Shown here piece by piece: positions 36,336 to 42,648 of a stretch of 42,648 nucleotides of DNA (its first letter is position 1; every line of letters begins with the position of its first letter). A program made the translations under genes and the position numbers. Under the pieces are notes generated by a model. The model was not told the origin of the DNA, did not search any database, and saw only the letters and a program-made list of their open reading frames with translations. This DNA comes from Phoronis australis (lineage: Eukaryota > Animalia > Phoronida): the NCBI GenBank assembly GCA_002633005.1, contig NMRA01001090.1, positions 6,751-49,398 on the forward strand, read 5' to 3'.

Positions 36336-39300
36336 GGGGTCGGGGGGTGATAGACAGACAGAGGGAGTGAGAGATTGTCACCAGTTTTCATCAATTGTTT
36401 TCAGTTTCTAACTTTTTGAATAATAGGCCTAATTCGTATTTGCTTTATTATTCCTCATTTCGGTGGAATATGTTGAAATGTGTGTTGTCTTTCACATACT
36501 TTCGTACGTTCCACTCACATTACGAAAAAGGAAAACGTTGCAGCTTACCAGACACAACAACTGTCACGTGATCACTTTCAATAAGGTCAGCCGATGTCTG
36601 CACAGAACATTGGTACACACCAGCATCTCCGATTGTTACTTCGGGTATCAGCAACGTGTAGCGGGTTTCATTCTTGTCAACAGTCACAGAGCTGATCAGT
36701 TCTACCCATTTTCCAGCCCTTTCGCTGCTTGATCGGTACGTCCAACGAACCTGCAGGGAGAATCCGTTATCGTCGCCGCCTCTTATTATTAGTAGTATTC
36801 ATGCCGAATCACCGGATTCTTTGTTATCAGTTTCGTCATCATCTTGTCATTTAATAAAATTGGCCTCAAGTGATCTTAGATTTTGTTCATACAAGCAATT
36901 ATATGTGACCTTGTTTGGCATTTCGAGTAATAACCAGAAGCTATTTTATTTATAAGAAGAGAGTAGCGCCTCCTGGGAATTCCATAGGTAAATGTAGGTG
37001 TTGCGAGTCTGCTGTCTGTGATCTAGGTTGGAATTTTGTTATCAAAAGCCTTTCGAAGATTTAGTCTTGGTAATGCAGTGCACATTACGTTGGCTATACT
37101 GCGTAATAGTGCATAGGACAAGGTATGGCCTGCTACAAACCTTCGGTTTCTCGCCCTTACAGAATATTCGATGCCTGTTCTCAGCTACGCATACTAGCTC
37201 CAGAGTACTTCCAATGGACGCGTAAACATTACCAAACTCTGCCTTTGACGTGATGGTGACTTTTGTCTCGTTACGGGGCGTGTCTAAAATTCACGAATAA
37301 TATAGATCCCACTGTATGTGCTGATAACGAGAATACAATTAAGGAATACAAAAGCATTTCGATAATTAGAAACATTATAAATATAAGTCGTACCAGAGCA
37401 CGTTGTCGAGTTCCCAGTCTTTGCAGTCGCCATAACAGCATCTGTAAAGCGGTAATGCTGGTGAAAGTCAAAACAATGTGTTTTAAGGTTTAGGCGCACA
37501 ATGAACATTTATAATTGTTATAGAAAAAATGCTTTCTCTGTAATGGTTGAATTTATATCACAGGCAGGTCATTAACGTTGCACGGAGTGTTACCACAATT
37601 TCGAAGGAAACATCGGCTTAAGTCCTAAAAACGGTATTCTGACGACGCTTTTGTTTGGTCGTGTCCCTAGGAAGAATTGAGGTCAAGTGAGAAAGGCCGT
37701 GAGGAATCTCTGCGCATCTGTATTTTTTCGAATCGCCGAGATGTGCTACTGGACGGGATTTCTTACCGTTCACGTACTTGATAGTGGTATAGGATGAGCT
37801 TATGATGGATTTGCTAAGCGCTTCTCCTCTTAGTCTGCAGTAGTACTGATAATGTCCCTTTCTCTCGGGGTCATAACCCACCCTAATCTTTCTCGTCACA
37901 GAATACGTGCACTTGCTCTTGAGGCGCTTCGACGTCACAGGTTCACTGTGATGGAAATCGGAGTCGCGCGTTATTTCCCCCGACGACCTGGTTGACGGAT
38001 GTCTCCATACCCAGGTGATTTGTGGAATAGGCTCGACACGCTTCACATGGCACTTCAATGTAGCCTCGTCATCTTTTGATAGAACTACTTTCCTCGGTCT
38101 CACGACAATGTTGTCTGCTTCGCAGGGAGCTAAATGTCAAGAAAGACTTCATCAACCATAATTTGGAATAGGATTGCGTGATGAACTGAGATTAAAAGAC
38201 TGAAAGGTCTTTCGGGAAGTCCGCAAAAATCTTGTGGGAGTGAGAAAATTGCTCTGACGTCATGTAAGTCAAGTCACTTTCACCGATATACAGTGATCTC
38301 GCGAGACAATTTGTACAACACTCTGTTTTTTTTGTTTCAGATCTCGAAGTCGAGTTGGGTTAGATATTTCAACAATAACTTTTAATTGTGCCCATTTCTT
38401 ACTATTAATTTTGACTATTTTCTTCCTTGACTTGATCGTCGAATTTAACTGGCATATGTAGGACCCTTCGTCGCAGGAACTGAAGTTTCTGAAGGTCAAG
38501 GTCATATCAATCCCGTCTTTTGTCGTCTGCGAGAGTTCATGAGTAACAACTGCTTGCGGTGAGCCCACGCTGGGCATGACTTGACGCATTTCGACATTGA
38601 ACGTGTAAATTGCCGAGCCGTTGCGAAGCAAACTAATAAAGATGGGCTGTCCGTTCTCAGGAATCGTCTCACAGGTTATATTAAATGACTCGTCGATTCC
38701 TACGAGCACGGGCTGGTTTGATACGCTCACAGTAATGAAGTGCTTTCCATCTGCAAATAGATGTTTTCCAGTAGGTTACACTTCATGAACACGGCATTTG
38801 AAAGTTCAGGATTTAATTTTCAACTCCCATATAATAACTTTACCTCATTGGTAGGTGTCATGTTGTGACTTCATTTCTGTTTGACGGTGCAATAAATTGC
38901 GTTCGTGACTTGTTTTTATCCCTAGTGAGTAAACTACATGCTCGTGAACCAACACGTCCAGCGTGTTTATCGGGCAGTTACTTGGGGATAACAGAAAAAC
39001 AATTTGTCGCTAGGCAACAGGTTGCATGATCAAAAATGTGTAACCAACACAGGAATTTTCAAACGGGCTTTAAATCAATGACATTTGCCAAGAAACAACC
39101 TTCTACAATGACGTGAACCTGGTCGTGTCTTAGGTGGCCTGATGACGTGTTTACGGCGCACTGGTAGACGCCGGCGTCACTCTTCTGGACACTGTTCTTG
39201 TAAATGGTGAGCTCGCTCCCTTCCGGGTTGCCCAGCACTTCGTCCACACGGGCTTTCTTCACGGAGTCCGACGATAATATGATCCACCTATGCCTTTGTG

Positions 39301-41817
39301 ATTTGAACCTCCAAAAAACCTAAGTTATAATAAAGCAGAGAGCCTATTTAGTATTTTGTTTGAAAAGTGTACATGCAAGTATACATGGGCGGCGCAGCAC
39401 TGAAAAAAATGGGGGGCTAAAGCCCTCTTAGCCCCCCCCTGTGGTGCACCACCTATAGATTACGAGCGGCGTAGCACTGAAAAAAGGGGTGGGGCAATAG
39501 CCACCCCCCCAGCCCCCTATGGTGCGCCGCCCATGGTATAGTCTGCCACACTAACACACAATGATAAGAATGCTGATGATTGTGACAATGGAGGTACTTA
39601 TGACTGAGGTGGTGGTAGAGATAGTGGTGGTAGTGGTGATAATGAGTCCTCTTGTTTGAGGTGGACGATCTTAACACACACTCGCCAGCCTCCGTCACGC
39701 CATTTTTCTGATGTATCAGGTATTCAAATTTATCGGGTAACATCTTGATTACATTTTATGAGACTGTTTCACTGCCAACATAGTCTGAATGTGTAATGTC
39801 CTTTATGTATTACGGCATTCACATGACGTCTGATCAGAAGGCAGATTGGTCAGATGATCCGCCGATTAAATAAAAATCACAAGTGAATTCTCGTGAGACG
39901 CTTGACTTGCTTTCTTATCGTCGCCCCCTCCTTGCCTCCTTGCTGTGGGAAAACTAATCTCGTTTTTCCTTGATCATCGTACCGTACGTGACGGTTGCAC
40001 GCGGCGATCGCACGCGGCTTTGCACGTGATGATCACACCTGTTGGCCAAAATGTTAAAAACAAACCTCGGGTCTCGAACTGCCAGGTTGAACGTATGGTC
40101 TGTTCTCAATTACGCAACTTAACACCAGACTTTGGCCACGTGTGACGTGCATTGTATCGTTCTGTATTTCATCCGACACTATCGTTACTGTGGTGGAATC
40201 CGTGTTGTTTGCTGCTTAAAAGTACAAATTCTTCATATAATTTAATGCCCACTGAACCCGTTCTTGAATTCTGCGTATTATATAATCAGCACTGTGATAA
40301 AATAAACTTCTACGAGCATCGGCGGAGTAGTTGAAACACGTTCTGCATTAGTTTCTTGGGGTCTGTTTTAAGAAAAAACATCTTTTAAAAGGTCGTGTTT
40401 GGCGTTCAGTTTAAGATTTGTCTTTTAAGATTTGTCTTAAACGCCGGTGATATGTGTCAGACTTCAAATTACTTTCCGTTCCAAACAATTTCTTAACCAA
40501 GAGAGATGACTTCAATATTTCTGCATCAAAGTGACATGGATGTCTTAGCCGGTTGTCCCGGATGTCAAGTGCAGTCAAAAATACACAGAAACTTTACCTG
40601 ATCCCAGCCTTCTGTTCACGTTTTCAATCATTTGTTGTTGACTCCCATCTTTTGATCTTTTCACTATTGTGAAAGAAATGAACATTGCAGACAAACGAAG
40701 GTCTTGTGGCATGGTTGGCATTTAATTGAAAACTCTATTGAGCGATCTAGGCTAGTGACCATCAAATTTTGCTCGCAGATCGCTCTATTTTTAGTCCATC
40801 TCAAGAAAAATTGCGTGGTCAGCGCCCCCTGTGATCGAGATACAATCTATGTACTTGGAAACGAACTCAAAATTTTACATCACCTATTTATTCCTACAAA
40901 ATCAAGATAAATGTTTCGTTATCGAGTACATTACCAAAGGCGTTTATAGTCGAAATTTGCATTTGATAGCCCCTAGAGTTGAACTTAGAAACTGATATAA
41001 AAACTCCAAATCTCAATTTCAGACTTTAAATTATGCCCTTAATGCAGAGGTCATCACTAGAGCAAACTAGCATTAGCCAGTCCTTCACGTGAACCATAAC
41101 ATACTTGAGCACAGTCTTATAGACACTCATCTTGAGTTTGTGTCAAAGCAGGGCGTAAAATGACAAAAATAATTTCGCTTTTGATTTCGCCAGTACAAAA
41201 AAGAGATCCCGGGCCGTTGACTTACGCCAATTCAAGTTCAGGTCGCAATATAATACTCCATTGAAAATTTGATTATGTGGCGAGTCTGTAAGTTTCTAAG
41301 AGACTGGTAACATAAAGGAGATTGCAGTTTAAAACGGGTTTAAAAATTGTCTTTCAGCAGACTGGACTGTAAGTTAAGAGATCCCACTGAGATTTCCCAC
41401 ACCGTTATGCAACAGATCTCAAATTTACCAGGAATATTTCATCTTCATACCTGTACAATAATGTATTTTGCACATTTTTTCTTCTTTGTCGTCTTCAACT
41501 TCTTTACAAAACTCTGTACATGAATTTTGGGGGGAGATATTGCATCTTTTTGTCCTCCATTGTTTTCCTTCGCCACAGGTAGCGCTGCAGGCAGTCCACG
41601 CGGACCACGAGCAATTATGTGTCCAACAGGACTTGCTGTCTCGGCTTGTATTCTGACAGAGACACTTTGTGAAACAACTTTCTTTAGCTGTGGTTTGGCA
41701 ATCCGCCGGTGGTTGGCAGGACATTTCCTTCGTGGAATTTACAAATACATTGTCTATCAAAGCCCAGGTAACAAGGAAAAATAAATGAAAGACGTCAGTT
41801 ATCGTGAATACAAACAT
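21329..41817 (-). CDS. Gene C: TSP1-(Ig V,V,C2-like)x2-EGFx4 single-pass membrane protein (~1280 aa model)
   Basis: Exons 41817-41451, 40663-40598, 40214-40066, 39319-39100, 38750-38403, 38129-37767, 37283-37141, 36750-36549, 29342-28968, 28715-28353, 27681-27664, 26942-26727, 25757-25641, 24596-24480, 23195-23048, 22254-22229, 21927-21329. All GT-AG, and they join in frame. Confidence 0.75.
22229..22254 (-). CDS. Gene C juxtamembrane micro-exon (26 nt)
   Basis: tatttttcag|tcaagcagtagctcacagttttgaag|gtaagt; phase 2 to 1. Confidence 0.8.
23048..23195 (-). CDS. Gene C transmembrane exon
   Basis: ...[32 protein letters not shown]; juxtamembrane CC may be palmitoylated. Confidence 0.85.
23423..23579. 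mobile_element. MITE with CAG...CTG termini and 5-bp TSD GTGCG (hAT-like)
   Basis: cagtggcggattt...gggatccgcctctg flanked by gtgcg on both sides. Confidence 0.8.
24480..24596 (-). CDS. Gene C EGF4 exon (117 nt)
   Basis: [38 protein letters not shown]. Confidence 0.9.
25641..25757 (-). CDS. Gene C EGF3 exon (117 nt)
   Basis: [38 protein letters not shown]; not in the ORF track. Confidence 0.88.
26228..26335. repeat. (GTT)n microsatellite with a (GCT)4 interruption
   Basis: Directly visible in the sequence. Confidence 0.95.
26727..26942 (-). CDS. Gene C EGF1 + calcium-binding EGF2 exon (216 nt)
   Basis: [13 protein letters not shown]...[42 protein letters not shown]. Confidence 0.9.
27664..27681 (-). 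CDS. Candidate 18-nt micro-exon of gene C (GFFKNE)
   Basis: tctgtttgcctag|gcttcttcaaaaacgaag|gtatgt; symmetric phase 1. Confidence 0.45.
28353..28715 (-). CDS. Gene C Ig6 (C2-like) exon
   Basis: [13 protein letters not shown]...[19 protein letters not shown]...INCVY...YTYHCVV; 363 nt. Confidence 0.9.
28968..29342 (-). CDS. Gene C Ig5 (V-like) exon
   Basis: [25 protein letters not shown]...VAWRR...[12 protein letters not shown]. Confidence 0.9.
31142..31246 (-). CDS. Candidate Thr-rich cassette exon, copy 2
   Basis: tattatccag|[35 protein letters not shown]|gtaagt; 105 nt, phase 1-1. Confidence 0.35.
34045..34149 (-). CDS. Candidate Thr-rich cassette exon, copy 1
   Basis: tattatccag|[35 protein letters not shown]|gtatgt; 105 nt, phase 1-1. 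Confidence 0.35.
36252..36374. repeat. Compound (GT)/(GA)n microsatellite
   Basis: gtgtgtgtgtg followed by (ga)n. Confidence 0.9.
36549..36750 (-). CDS. Gene C Ig4 C-half exon
   Basis: [18 protein letters not shown]...[19 protein letters not shown]...VTVVVS; phase 0 to 1; not in the ORF track. Confidence 0.88.
37141..37283 (-). CDS. Gene C Ig4 N-half exon
   Basis: [47 protein letters not shown]|gtttgt; phase 1 to 0. Confidence 0.8.
37767..38129 (-). CDS. Gene C Ig3 (C2-like) exon
   Basis: [42 protein letters not shown]...SKCTY...YQYYCRL; 363 nt. Confidence 0.9.
38403..38750 (-). CDS. Gene C Ig2 (V-like) exon
   Basis: FNITC...[16 protein letters not shown]; the C-strand Trp is replaced (ISLLR). 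Confidence 0.88.
39100..39319 (-). CDS. Gene C Ig1 C-half exon
   Basis: [15 protein letters not shown]...[20 protein letters not shown]; phase 0 to 1. Confidence 0.88.
39384..39535. mobile_element. Dimeric MITE with 5-bp TSD GTATA
   Basis: catgggcggcgca...tgcgccgcccatg TIRs; gtata on both flanks; same family as 10045-10188. Confidence 0.8.
40066..40214 (-). CDS. Gene C Ig1 N-half exon
   Basis: [49 protein letters not shown]|gtttgt; NAGNAG acceptor. Confidence 0.8.
40598..40663 (-). CDS. Gene C 66-nt linker exon
   Basis: ctttcacaatag|[22 protein letters not shown]|gtaaag; phase 1-1. Confidence 0.55.
41451..41817 (-). CDS. Gene C exon 1: signal peptide + Cys-rich segment + TSP1 (thrombospondin type-1) repeat
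   Basis: [22 protein letters not shown]...[22 protein letters not shown]...C; donor gtatga, phase 1. Confidence 0.82.
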
Positions 41818-42245
41818 AACAAAGTGGAGTCCGTCAACAAAACACCGATATACATGTATAGAGTTCGAAAATGCTTACAAACAAACACGAGCTTCAAAAT
41901 GTAATAAACTTTTTGCGTCAAGTGCTAAATCTCGAGATTTCAGCATCTGCTAAGTCAAATCGAACGCCACTGCACGAAGACGTCTAAACTAGCAGTTACG
42001 TATTATGTCATGTCGTGATGTTAAAATGTGACTGAAACATGTACAGGAACATTTAAGCTAGAAACAAATTTATGGATTCAGTGATATATTTAGGGGATTT
42101 AAAGGGGCATAATTGGTTTGATGACCAAAAAAACGCGTTTTTGGAATTATTACAAACTTGGTCAGAACTATAAAAGAGCTTAGTGTTCCTCAACTCTGGT
42201 GTTACTCCGGTTCGTTGTTTTGCAGATCAGATACTTCTTAAACCT

Positions 42246-42648
42246 GGGCCCGGTCTCTAATCTTTGTACTCGAAACGAACTCAAAACTATTTTTGGCAAT
42301 TTCTCTGCTCCTTTTGTGCGAACTTAAGATAATTGGTTATCAGACTGTGCTCGAATACATTATAGTTTATGCATAGGAGTTTCTAGTTCGAGTTTGCCCT
42401 TGTAGACCCTTACATTCGTGCTACAAACTCGAGTAAAAACTCGAAATTTCGAGTTCAAACTCGAACTTATTGCTTTAATATTGGGTTTACAAACTGTGAA
42501 CTAAGGGCAATAAATTTTCTACGTAAGTTATTGTGTACTCGAGCATAGAATAATAGACACTTATCTTGAGTTCGCCCAAAAGTAGAGTAGAAAATGCCAA
42601 ACCTAATTTCGAGTTCCATTTTGAGTAAAAAGATTGGAGACCGGGCCC
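42246..42648. mobile_element. Foldback/MITE with long (~90 bp) terminal inverted repeats
   Basis: gggcccggtctctaatctttgtactcg... at the left; ...gagtaaaaagattggagaccgggccc at the right edge. Related fragments occur at ~41100-41217 and ~25100-25230. Confidence 0.75.

Noticed and set aside
36082-36411. ORFs with SLSLSL/ERERER runs
   Set aside because: Translations of GA/GT microsatellites.
28353-40214. Dscam-like mutually exclusive exon arrays or V(D)J-type rearrangement
   Set aside because: The Ig exons are ordered as complete consecutive triplets rather than arrays of alternatives, and I saw no heptamer/nonamer recombination signals flanking them.

Overview
Eukaryotic, intron-rich animal DNA (probably an invertebrate; no operons, CRISPR or prokaryotic features). 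Manual splice-site and phase reconstruction gives a compact cluster of three paralogous single-pass membrane genes built from phase-1 exon modules. Gene A (minus, ~12828-6904) is signal peptide-EGFx4-TM-tail with no Ig domains. Gene B (plus, 13227-20330) is signal peptide-[V,V,C2-like Ig]-EGFx2-TM-tail. Gene C (minus, 41817-21329) is signal peptide-Cys-rich/TSP1-[V,V,C2-like Ig]x2-EGFx4-TM-tail. A and B are head-to-head (ATGs ~400 bp apart); B and C are tail-to-tail. All three share a TM exon/micro-exon/last-exon layout and an acidic dileucine sorting motif in otherwise divergent tails. The window also holds the 5' part of an unrelated secreted-protein gene at the left edge, a minimal hammerhead ribozyme motif, several MITEs (some with 5-bp TSDs), a decayed Gypsy-like protease fragment, micro/minisatellites, and a duplicated intronic block carrying candidate Thr-rich cassette exons. 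All gene models are hand-built without transcript evidence.
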